In this document: piece by piece, positions 38,888 through 46,734 of the stretch
Layout: every line of letters begins with the position of its first letter
How positions within the stretch are numbered: the stretch's first letter is position 1
Assembly (NCBI GenBank): GCA_963654355.1
Contig: CAVKBM010000003.1
Location: forward strand, 12,056-76,055
Direction: 5' to 3'
Source of the DNA: Bacteroidaceae bacterium
GTDB lineage: Bacteria > Bacteroidota > Bacteroidia > Bacteroidales > Paludibacteraceae
DNA length: 64,000 nt
Notes under the pieces: model-generated
Database searches by the model: none
What the model saw: only the letters and a program-made list of their open reading frames with translations
What the model was told of the DNA's origin: nothing
Made by a program: the position numbers and the translations under genes

Positions 38888-39304
38888 TTATCGCTTATTG
38901 AATATGAAACTCAATCCTTGCTTTTCGTATTGCGAAAATTTGTGGTCCGAACTGATAAGAGGAATCTTGTCTGAAATCGCTTGCGCTATGATTAGCCGGT
39001 CAAACGGGTCTTTGTGGTCTCCGTATAAAGGAAGATGCGATAATGCATTCAGATGCTTTGTTGTAGTATGTGCAATGAAAATTTCGTTGTCTTTTAACCA
39101 TTGAATCACCTCCGTCGCAACAACATTCTTTTGCTCCATTTTTCCAATCTGAAATAGATTGATAAGTTCATGAACACATACTGAACTAGTATAGAATGTG
39201 TTTTCATAAGAAGAGAACAATCTATAAACATCTGAAGATATTTCTTTCTTCCCAATTCCTGTTATCAGAAAAACAAGAATGTTGGTGTCTAAATAAAACC
39301 TCAT
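38888..39304 (-). CDS. PIN-domain toxin (VapC-like)
   Basis: 'FYLDTNILVFL' (first acidic residue). 'DPFDRLIIAQAISDKIPLISSDHKF' is a typical PIN C-terminal motif. Confidence 0.85.
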   Translation of the reverse strand: MRFYLDTNILVFLITGIGKKEISSDVYRLFSSYENTFYTSSVCVHELINLFQIGKMEQKNVVATEVIQWLKDNEIFIAHTTTKHLNALSHLPLYGDHKDPFDRLIIAQAISDKIPLISSDHKFSQYEKQGLSFIFNKR

Positions 39305-39462
39305 TTTAGAACAGCTCTCATATCAACAATCCTTGCGAACCCTTCTCTTCCTTCTTCAGATATTAGCCATTCTCCAATCTTGCTCAGCTTCTTTCCTTTC
39401 TTCTTTTCCTCCATCAGGTATTCACGCATTGTCATGCTACTTTCTTTTTCTTTCTTACTCAT
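39301..39462 (-). CDS. Putative antitoxin (53 aa), absent from the ORF track
   Basis: My translation: MSKKEKESSMTMREYLMEEKKKGKKLSKIGEWLISEEGREGFARIVDMRAVLK*. Its TGA overlaps the PIN ATG (ATGA, 39301-39304). A -7 box lies 31 nt upstream. Confidence 0.65.
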   Translation of the reverse strand: MSKKEKESSMTMREYLMEEKKKGKKLSKIGEWLISEEGREGFARIVDMRAVLK

Positions 39463-39492
39463 GTTAATCTCGTTTTGTTAAACAATCAGGTG

Positions 39493-39500
39493 CAAATTTA
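39493..39500 (-). promoter_or_regulatory. -7 promoter element for the antitoxin-PIN pair
   Basis: TAAATTTG on the minus strand, 31 nt upstream of ATG 39462. Confidence 0.5.
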
Positions 39501-39510
39501 TAAAATCCTC

Positions 39511-39545
39511 TAAAAAGAAAGAGATAGAAAATAAATTCTATCTCC
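39511..39545 (-). terminator. Terminator after tRNA-Met
   Basis: Minus strand: GAGATAGAA-TTTATT-TTCTATCTC, followed by TTTCTTTTT. Confidence 0.7.
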
Positions 39546-39547
39546 TG

Positions 39548-39621
39548 TAGCGGGGACGAGAATTGAACTCGTGACCTCCGGGTTATGAATCCGACGCTCT
39601 AACCAACTGAGCTACCCCGCC
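39548..39621 (-). tRNA. tRNA with CAT anticodon (elongator Met, or Ile2 if lysidine-modified)
   Basis: Minus strand: GGCGGGGTAGCTCAGTTGGTTAGAGCGTCGGATTCATAACCCGGAGGTCACGAGTTCAATTCTCGTCCCCGCTA. The cloverleaf folds. G1-U72 is paired and the anticodon stem lacks three G:C pairs, so it is not an initiator. Confidence 0.88.
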
Positions 39622-39701
39622 ATACTTTTATGTAGCAATTCATTTCTGAATCGCGGTGCAAAGATATGCAATCAATATGTAACAACCAAATTTCGGGGGA
39701 C

Positions 39702-40319
39702 TTATTTTTCTAAATGGCTCGTGTTATCCCAGTCCAGTATATTCCAAATTCCGTTTTTCTTCTCAACCACGCAGACACCTGTTGAGTGGGGGTGAGGAGC
39801 ATTAGCTATCTCGTGTATGGATTGGTATCTAAAATAGGTGTATAGCGTCTTTAGTAATGCGCCATGGGTTATCACTAAGACGTTTTGTCTTGGATGCTCT
39901 GCGATAATTCTCTCAACTGCTTTTGCTGCTCTATTCCTAACTTCTAAGTAGGTTTCACAGGTTGGACGATAGAATTTTTCAGGGTGATACCAGAAAAGAT
40001 TCCAATCTGCGGCATAGTCTCTTTTTATGTCGTTTACGGATAAGCCTTGCCAATCGCCCATCAAAATCTCTTTTAGTGAATCGATGTAAATGGGGGTTAA
40101 ACCTAACCCTTGTGTGCAGAGGTCGGATGTTTGTCGGGTTCTTCTCATCGGACTGACATAAAGTGCGGAGAATGTTATTCCCGACTTGTTCAATGCTTTG
40201 CCCAGGGCTGTCGCTTGTGCTATGCCATCGGGCGTTAGGTCGGATTCCATCTGCCCTTGAATTTTATGCTCAACATTGAAATAAGTCTGCCCATGGCGAA
40301 CTAGAAATAATTTTGTCAT
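39702..40319 (-). CDS. Histidine phosphatase (phosphoglycerate mutase) family protein
   Basis: 'LFLVRHGQTYFN' RHG motif and 'LVITHGALLK'. Start at ATG 40319. Confidence 0.85.
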   Translation of the reverse strand: MTKLFLVRHGQTYFNVEHKIQGQMESDLTPDGIAQATALGKALNKSGITFSALYVSPMRRTRQTSDLCTQGLGLTPIYIDSLKEILMGDWQGLSVNDIKRDYAADWNLFWYHPEKFYRPTCETYLEVRNRAAKAVERIIAEHPRQNVLVITHGALLKTLYTYFRYQSIHEIANAPHPHSTGVCVVEKKNGIWNILDWDNTSHLEK

Positions 40320-40374
40320 ATATCTATAGAATGGATTGGTGTTCCTTTTGTTTGAGCCTCCATAAAACAAGAAT

Positions 40375-40413
40375 GAGGGAAACTCGAAGAGTCCCCCTCT
40401 TATCTTTTTTTTC
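40375..40413. terminator. Stem-loop between rpmF and the phosphatase gene
   Basis: GAGGG-aa-ACTC-gaa-GAGT-cc-CCCTC (40375-40399). T8 follows on the plus strand. TTCTTGTTTT follows on the minus strand, which is the gene-sense direction. Confidence 0.45.
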
Positions 40414-40424
40414 GTTGCAATAAA

Positions 40425-40610
40425 TTAAACTGCAGCTTCTTTGACGATTGCCACTACTCCACGGTAATATCCACATTCGCCACATACTCTGTGGTTCAAG
40501 TGTAATGCGCCGCAGTTAGGACACACTGCCAATGCAGGGAGGACTGCTTTGTAATGAGTTCTTCTCTTTGCTCCTCTCGTCTTTCCTTGTCTTCGCTTAG
40601 GATGTGCCAT
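40425..40610 (-). CDS. rpmF: 50S ribosomal protein L32
   Basis: 'MAHPKRRQGKTRGAKRRTH...CPNCG...HRVCGECGYYRG'. Confidence 0.95.
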   Translation of the reverse strand: MAHPKRRQGKTRGAKRRTHYKAVLPALAVCPNCGALHLNHRVCGECGYYRGVVAIVKEAAV

Positions 40611-40667
40611 TTTGTTTATTCTTTTTAATTAGTTATTATCTTTTTTTTGCTCACACTCTGTCTCTCT

Positions 40668-41219
40668 CTACAACTTTGATTTTTTTAATAGTTCTTTTAA
40701 CCCAGCCCATCTTGGGTCAATCTCTTCGGTCGTGCCATCCCCAGTAGGACTTTCCTCAACTAAGTATTTGTCCAACTCATCTGCAACCCATCCCGTACAC
40801 TCACCCTCTGGATGAACATGTCTGATTGGTATGTCCAACGCGATGAACTCGTACAAATGCCACGACAAGTCAATTTCACCAGGTAATTCTGGAATCACAA
40901 TCAAATTTTCTCCCTCATCCTCGTACTCTTCACCAAATTTGACAATTAACTTGTTTTCGGTGTCAATGTTCACTCTCATATCCTCCATACAACGGTCGCA
41001 CGGAACGTAGACAAATCCATTGATCGAGAACGTGAATTCCGACGAATGCTCAGTTTTCTTTAGGGATACTTTTGCATCTACTTCTCCTCTCTGAGTCTCT
41101 GTAGCTTCTATGCTCTCAAAAAATTCGTCCGTTAACAGAAAGTCATACTCGTATGTGCCTTCTGATAACTCTCGCAGAGAAATAACGTATTTCCCTTTTC
41201 TGTCCTTATTCTCAACCAT
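40668..41219 (-). CDS. yceD: YceD/DUF177 family protein
   Basis: Conserved position upstream of rpmF. 'VPCDRCMEDM' motif and acidic C-terminus. Confidence 0.8.
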   Translation of the reverse strand: MVENKDRKGKYVISLRELSEGTYEYDFLLTDEFFESIEATETQRGEVDAKVSLKKTEHSSEFTFSINGFVYVPCDRCMEDMRVNIDTENKLIVKFGEEYEDEGENLIVIPELPGEIDLSWHLYEFIALDIPIRHVHPEGECTGWVADELDKYLVEESPTGDGTTEEIDPRWAGLKELLKKSKL

Positions 41220-41244
41220 CTTTGAATGGGTTTCAAAAACTTTG

Positions 41245-41252
41245 CAAAATTA
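41245..41252 (-). promoter_or_regulatory. -7 promoter element for yceD-rpmF
   Basis: TAATTTTG on the minus strand, 26 nt upstream of ATG 41219. Confidence 0.5.
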
Positions 41253-41335
41253 CAAAAATTAATAATAAGAACGTATAAAGAATCTCAAAAATTTTTGATA
41301 TGAGATTTTTGGAAAGAGTTGACGTTTTTGTGCTT

Positions 41336-41902
41336 TTATTTCTTTTTTTGAACGGACCAACCGAATTTTCCGATCTTGTCGCCCAACTTGAAATAGTTTC
41401 CGTGAGAATATGCCATCAGTTGAGAATCTTCTAACTTGAAAGCATCTGTTTCTGGATCCATATATCTTTCGTCTGCTAGAACGTTGACAACTTCAGCGAT
41501 GAACATGTCGTGAGAGCCTAACGGAATGATTTCCTTAACTTTGCACTCGATAGACAGTGGGGATTCTTCAATAGCGACAGAGTTGATGACGTTAGTCTTT
41601 AGTGGGGTTAAATTCATTTCTTTGAATTTGTTGACATCGCGTCCTGATTTTACACCGCACCAGTCAGTTGCGTATGCCAACTGTTCATTGGTAAGGTTGA
41701 TGACAAATTCTCCGTTGCGTTTGATGATTTCGTAGGAATGACGGCTTGGACGGATAGATACGTAGCACATGGCGGGGTCTGAGCAGATTGTGCCGACCCA
41801 CGATGCTGTGAATATGTTATATTCGTTTTCGTCTTTGCCACAAGAGATCATGACGGCAGGTAATGGATAAACCATTGTGCCTGGTTTGAACGAACGTTTC
41901 AT
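41336..41902 (-). CDS. Flavin reductase-like (FMN-binding split-barrel) protein
   Basis: 'YPLPAVMISCG...NIFTASWVGTICSDPAMCYVSIRPSRHSYEIIKRNGEFVINL' is a typical Flavin_Reduct pattern. Confidence 0.75.
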   Translation of the reverse strand: MKRSFKPGTMVYPLPAVMISCGKDENEYNIFTASWVGTICSDPAMCYVSIRPSRHSYEIIKRNGEFVINLTNEQLAYATDWCGVKSGRDVNKFKEMNLTPLKTNVINSVAIEESPLSIECKVKEIIPLGSHDMFIAEVVNVLADERYMDPETDAFKLEDSQLMAYSHGNYFKLGDKIGKFGWSVQKKK

Positions 41903-41919
41903 AAATAATTAGTTGGGTG

Positions 41920-42372
41920 TTAAAGGATTTCAATATTTTCTCCGCTGACGATTCGTTCACAGTAGTGGCATTTGAAAGCGATTTTCGACTTGTCTACGGT
42001 ACGGAATTTAGTGTGCATGGGTTCGTTGTTTGTGATGCATTTAGGATTCTTGCATTTGATGACGCCGATAAGCTCTTCGGGCAACTGCAGCTGCATTTTT
42101 TTGAAAACCTCGTATTCTTTGATGATGTTGATTTTTGCATTTGGAGCAAGAATTGCGATTTTGTTCACTTCTTCTTGACTCAAATATTTGTCAGCGACTT
42201 TGACAATGGCTTTTTTGCCTAATTTTTTGCTTTCAAGGTTGTAGCCGAAGGTTACTTGGTTCGAAATATTGTTCAAGCCCAAGATTGAGATGACGCTGAA
42301 TAATTTTTCGGAAGGAATATGGTCTATCACAGTTCCGTTTCGAAGGGCTGCTACTTTCAGTTCTTTTTCCAT
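41920..42372 (-). CDS. pyrI: Aspartate carbamoyltransferase regulatory subunit
   Basis: 'LKVAALRNGTVIDHIP'. Zn domain 'CKNPKCITN...FKCHYC'. Confidence 0.93.
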   Translation of the reverse strand: MEKELKVAALRNGTVIDHIPSEKLFSVISILGLNNISNQVTFGYNLESKKLGKKAIVKVADKYLSQEEVNKIAILAPNAKINIIKEYEVFKKMQLQLPEELIGVIKCKNPKCITNNEPMHTKFRTVDKSKIAFKCHYCERIVSGENIEIL

Positions 42373-42389
42373 TGTTTTGATGTTTAAAA

Positions 42390-43298
42390 TTAAAGGCCTA
42401 ACAAATCACAAATGACTGCTTGACGAGCGTACACACCATTTTTCGCTTGGTGGAAGTAGTATGCTTTTTCGTTGTTGTCGACATCATAGTCAATCTCGTT
42501 CACTCTTGGAAGGGGGTGAAGGATTCGCATGTTTGGCTTCGTTTTTTCCAAGAGTTTGTTGCGAAGGGTGTAGACGTCTTTCACTTTCTCATATTCGTAG
42601 AGGTCGGTGAAACGTTCTTTCTGTACGCGAGTCATATAGAGAATGTCGGCGTCTGCGATGTTTTTTTCTGTGAGGTCGCAATGCTCTTCAAAGGGAATGT
42701 TGTTCTCTTTACAGAAAAGTTTGTATTCTTCTGGCAGTTCCAGCTCTTTTGGGGCGATGAAACTAAATGTCGGATTGAAATGTGACATTGCCTGGATGAG
42801 GGAGTGTATCGTACGACCGTATTTCAAATCGCCAACCATGCAGATTTTCAGATTTTCAAGTCTTCCTTGTGTTTTTTTTATGGAGTAGAGGTCGAGCATT
42901 GTCTGAGTTGGGTGCTGATTCGCGCCATCTCCAGCGTTGACGATTGGCACGCTTGACACTTCTGATGCATAACGGGCAGCCCCCTCGATAGGATTGCGCA
43001 TAACGATAAGGTCGGCATAGTTGCTCACCATGATGATAGTGTCTTTAAGAGTCTCTCCTTTTGTGCCACTGGTCGTAGAGGCATCGGAAAAACCGATAAC
43101 ACGTCCGCCCAAACGGTTTACTGCCGTCTCAAAACTAAGTCGTGTTCGGGTTGAGGGCTCAAAAAACAGGGTGGCAACCACTTTCCCTTTTAAAATCTCT
43201 TGGTTGGGATTCTCTTCAAATCCAGCAGCTTTGTCCAAAATTTGCAGAATCTTCTCTTTAGAATAATCTGTGATGGATACCAAACTTTTAATAGCCAT
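42390..43298 (-). CDS. pyrB: Aspartate carbamoyltransferase catalytic subunit
   Basis: '[13 protein letters not shown]', 'HPTQ', 'HPLPR'. Start at ATG 43298 ([12 protein letters not shown]). The upstream in-frame 35 codons run through a terminator hairpin and are treated as leader. Confidence 0.92.
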   Translation of the reverse strand: MAIKSLVSITDYSKEKILQILDKAAGFEENPNQEILKGKVVATLFFEPSTRTRLSFETAVNRLGGRVIGFSDASTTSGTKGETLKDTIIMVSNYADLIVMRNPIEGAARYASEVSSVPIVNAGDGANQHPTQTMLDLYSIKKTQGRLENLKICMVGDLKYGRTIHSLIQAMSHFNPTFSFIAPKELELPEEYKLFCKENNIPFEEHCDLTEKNIADADILYMTRVQKERFTDLYEYEKVKDVYTLRNKLLEKTKPNMRILHPLPRVNEIDYDVDNNEKAYYFHQAKNGVYARQAVICDLLGL

Positions 43299-43361
43299 GA
43301 CGTTATGATTTATTTGTTTTTCTCTATTTTCTTTAATGTTCTGTAACGAATGGAAATAAAC

Positions 43362-43400
43362 AAAAAAAAACCAATACGAGCCAAAATCGCATTGGTTTTT
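43362..43400 (-). terminator. Strong intrinsic terminator in the pyrB leader (candidate attenuator; may also end hppA transcripts)
   Basis: Minus strand: AAAAA-CCAATGCGA-TTTTGGC-TCGTATTGG-TTTTTTTTT. 9-bp stem with one G-U pair, then U9. Located 63-100 nt upstream of the pyrB ATG. Confidence 0.75.
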
Positions 43401-43452
43401 CATATCATCTTATATTGTTTTTTCTTCGCATTACTAACTCTTTGACCATATG

Positions 43453-43460
43453 CAAAAATA
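43453..43460 (-). promoter_or_regulatory. -7 promoter element upstream of the pyrB leader
   Basis: TATTTTTG on the minus strand, ~50 nt upstream of the leader ATG at 43403. No TAnnTTTG lies between the hairpin and the pyrB ATG. Confidence 0.45.
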
Positions 43461-43528
43461 GAACAAAATCGTTTACTTTTTTAAATTTTTGGGGGCTTTG
43501 TTTTCAACCATTTCTGCATTTTTGTTTT

Positions 43529-45730
43529 CTATAAAAGGTGGAACGAGACAGTGAGTCCTGCCATCACGATGGACACCATACTCATTAGTTTGATGAGTAT
43601 GTTTAGGGATGGACCAGAGGTGTCCTTGAATGGGTCTCCAACAGTATCTCCAACGACGGTTGCCTTGTGATTGTTAGATCCTTTTCCTCCTAGATTCCCC
43701 TCTTCAATATATTTTTTTGCGTTATCCCATGCTCCTCCTGCGTTTGCCATGAATATTGCCAAGACGAAGCCTGTGGATAGTCCACCGATGAGAAGTCCGA
43801 GAACGCCGGCAACCCCGAAGACAACGCCTACGATCATAGGAGTGATGATGGCTAAAAGGGATGGAAAAAGCATTTCACGTTGCGCTCCTTTTGTGGAGAT
43901 TTCAACGCATCGTGCGTAGTCTGGTGTCGTTTTCCCCTCTAAGATACCTGCTATCTCTCTGAATTGTCTCCTTACTTCCGTAACCATGCATTGTGCTGCT
44001 CTGCCGACGGCATTCATGGTGAGTCCGCAGAAAAGGAAAGCCATCATAGCCCCGATGAAGGTGCCCACTAAAACATTAGGATTCATCAAGTTAACTTGAT
44101 ATAAGTTCATAAAATCTATCAACGAAGCGTCCGTCGTGTTGATGATGTGTTCACCGATAGTTAAACTTGTTTCTCCAATTCGGATAAGTGCGATTTTTAT
44201 TTCTTCAATGTAGGAGGCTAGCAGTGCAAGGGCGGTGAGGGCGGCCGAGCCGATTGCGAATCCTTTGCCTGTGGCTGCTGTGGTGTTTCCCAATGCGTCT
44301 AATGCATCTGTTCGGTTTCGTACGTTCTCTCCTAATCCGCTCATTTCTGCGTTCCCTCCTGCGTTATCAGCAATCGGTCCGTAGGCGTCTGTTGCCAAGG
44401 TGATTCCTAAAGTGGAGAGCATTCCAACGGCTGCGATGCCGATGCCATACAATCCGAGACTTAGTCCTTTGGACGTAAAGAAGATAGTCGTATCAAATCC
44501 GATTGCGCATAGGTAAGCCAAGATGATGGCAACACCTATGGTGATAACGGGTATGGCTGTTGAAATCATTCCTAAGCCTAACCCTGAAATGATGACAGTG
44601 GCGGCCCCAGTCTCGGAACTTTCTGCCACTTTCTGAGTTGGACGGTAGGTGTGAGATGTGAAATATTCCGTTGACTGTCCGATGACAACACCTGCGACTA
44701 ATCCTGTCAAAACAGAAAAGGACAAGCCTAACCAATTGTCTATTTGTAAAATATATAGAATGCCAAATGATGCGATGGCTACTAATACGGAACTGATGTT
44801 TGTACCCTTACCTAACGAACCTAAAAGGTCTTTCATTGATGCGCCTTCTTTTGTGCGCACTATGAATATTCCAATGAGGGAGAGTACAACACCGATGGCA
44901 GCGATTAACATTGGAGCTATGACTGCTTTCTCTTGTATCTCTCCTCCGATAGTAGAGTAGGCTGCAGCACCTAAGGCTGCGGTGGCTAATATGGCTCCTG
45001 CGTATGATTCATAAAGGTCAGCGCCCATTCCTGCGACGTCTCCGACATTGTCTCCGACATTGTCGGCAATAGTAGCGGGATTTCGAGGGTCGTCTTCAGG
45101 TATTCCCGCTTCTACTTTCCCTACAAGGTCTGCTCCGACATCAGCCGCTTTTGTGTAGATGCCACCTCCAACTCGTGCAAAGAGAGCTTGTGTAGATGCA
45201 CCCATTCCGAAAGTAAGCATGGTGGTCGTGATGACAACTAATTTCTGTCCTCCTTCGCCATCTATGAATTTGTTTAGGATAATGTACCATATCGCTATGT
45301 CCAAAAGAGCCAATCCGACGACGGTCAATCCCATGACTGCGCCTGAACGGAAAGCGACTTTAAGTCCGCTGTTCAACGACTGTCGCGCTGCGTTGGCTGT
45401 GCGTGCAGAAGCGTAGGTGGCAGTTTTCATTCCAAAGAATCCTGCTAATCCTGAAAAAAATCCACCTGTTAGGAAAGCAAATGGCACCCATGGATTCTGT
45501 AGTCCGAAGAAAGCCATCACAGCGAAAAGAATGGCTAAGACTACGAACACCAGAATAACCACTTTGTATTGTTGCTTCAGATAAGCCATTGCGCCAGAGC
45601 GAACATGCTGCGCAATCTCTTTCATCTTTTCAGTACCCTCATCTTCTTTTTTCATCCATTGGTAGAAATATATGGCAAAACATAGTGCTAAGAGGGCGGC
45701 CAACGGAACTATAAAAAACAAGGCATCCAT
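43529..45730 (-). CDS. hppA: Membrane-integral pyrophosphatase (H+/Na+-translocating PPase)
   Basis: '[20 protein letters not shown]', 'DNVGDNVGD', '[18 protein letters not shown]', '[16 protein letters not shown]'. Confidence 0.95.
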   Translation of the reverse strand: MDALFFIVPLAALLALCFAIYFYQWMKKEDEGTEKMKEIAQHVRSGAMAYLKQQYKVVILVFVVLAILFAVMAFFGLQNPWVPFAFLTGGFFSGLAGFFGMKTATYASARTANAARQSLNSGLKVAFRSGAVMGLTVVGLALLDIAIWYIILNKFIDGEGGQKLVVITTTMLTFGMGASTQALFARVGGGIYTKAADVGADLVGKVEAGIPEDDPRNPATIADNVGDNVGDVAGMGADLYESYAGAILATAALGAAAYSTIGGEIQEKAVIAPMLIAAIGVVLSLIGIFIVRTKEGASMKDLLGSLGKGTNISSVLVAIASFGILYILQIDNWLGLSFSVLTGLVAGVVIGQSTEYFTSHTYRPTQKVAESSETGAATVIISGLGLGMISTAIPVITIGVAIILAYLCAIGFDTTIFFTSKGLSLGLYGIGIAAVGMLSTLGITLATDAYGPIADNAGGNAEMSGLGENVRNRTDALDALGNTTAATGKGFAIGSAALTALALLASYIEEIKIALIRIGETSLTIGEHIINTTDASLIDFMNLYQVNLMNPNVLVGTFIGAMMAFLFCGLTMNAVGRAAQCMVTEVRRQFREIAGILEGKTTPDYARCVEISTKGAQREMLFPSLLAIITPMIVGVVFGVAGVLGLLIGGLSTGFVLAIFMANAGGAWDNAKKYIEEGNLGGKGSNNHKATVVGDTVGDPFKDTSGPSLNILIKLMSMVSIVMAGLTVSFHLL

Positions 45731-45948
45731 AAGTCGACAATTTTTAAAGGTTTGTGAAGAGTGTAATAACTAATAGGCGAAAAGGAGTGTGTTCGCCAAA
45801 GAGTAAATGATTCTGCGTTACAGGGTCAGAAAATCATTTTTTTTAACATTCTTTAAATGTTGGTGTAGGCAAAGATAAAAGATTAATTGAAAAATCAAAA
45901 TTTTCAATCCTTTATTTGGTGGTGTAAAAAAAACAGGTGTGTGGAGTT

Positions 45949-46734
45949 TTATGCTAAAACGACGTCTAAAACCATCATTAGGACAAAGCCCAAGGCAACG
46001 CCAATGGTGGCGACGTTAGAGTGAGGTTCTTCTTGAGACTCTGGAATTAGTTCCTCTACGACAACATAGGTCATTGCTCCTGCCGAGAACGCCAACAAAT
46101 ATGGAAGTATCGGAAGAGTGAAGTCGATTAGCAGAATGGTCAGAATTCCAAAAATAGGTTCCACTAAGCCAGAGAGTACACCTAATCCGAATGATTTGTG
46201 GCGGGAGCATCCCGAGGCTCTGAGAGGCATAGAGATGATTGCTCCCTCTGGAAAATTTTGAATTGCCATGCCGAGTGAGAGTGCGAGAGCACCACTAAGT
46301 GATATGCCTGCATCTCCCATACTTGCGCCTGCTAATGTTACGCCTACTGCCATTCCTTCGGGTATGTTGTGAAGAGTAACTGCCAAAACCAACATACTTG
46401 ATTTTTTCAATGAGGAAGAGACTCCTTCTGGCTTCTCTGAGTTGAGGTGGAGGTGAGGGGTAATGGTATCTAAGATTAAAAGAAAAAACATTCCTGCAAG
46501 GAAACCGACGACGGCGGGAACTACCGCCCATTTGCCCCTGTCTGCGCACATGTCAATGCTCGGAATGAGGAGAGACCAAACGGATGCGGCCATCATAACG
46601 CCTGATGCAAAACCTAAAAGGGATTTTTGCCAGGTCTGTGAGATTTTGTCTCGGAGGGCGAAAACCATCGCCGCCCCCAAGGTCGTGCCAATAAATGGAA
46701 TCGTTAATCCAACTGCGAAAACAGAGTCAATCAT
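45949..46734 (-). CDS. ZIP family divalent-metal transporter (ZupT-like)
   Basis: 'LHNIPEGMAVGV' and 'IQNFPEGAIISMPL' motifs. ~8 TM segments. Confidence 0.85.
   Translation of the reverse strand: MIDSVFAVGLTIPFIGTTLGAAMVFALRDKISQTWQKSLLGFASGVMMAASVWSLLIPSIDMCADRGKWAVVPAVVGFLAGMFFLLILDTITPHLHLNSEKPEGVSSSLKKSSMLVLAVTLHNIPEGMAVGVTLAGASMGDAGISLSGALALSLGMAIQNFPEGAIISMPLRASGCSRHKSFGLGVLSGLVEPIFGILTILLIDFTLPILPYLLAFSAGAMTYVVVEELIPESQEEPHSNVATIGVALGFVLMMVLDVVLA

Noticed and set aside
38888-39621. The toxin-antitoxin pair plus tRNA as an integrated genomic island.
   Set aside because: There is no integrase. I found no duplicated copy of the tRNA 3' end between 38780 and 39540 that could serve as an att site.
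42390-43403. A 337-aa extended PyrB starting at 43403.
   Set aside because: The extra 35 codons ([17 protein letters not shown]...) run through a terminator hairpin and U9 tract and have no ATCase counterpart. PyrB begins at MAIKSLV (43298). The extension is reported as a leader instead.
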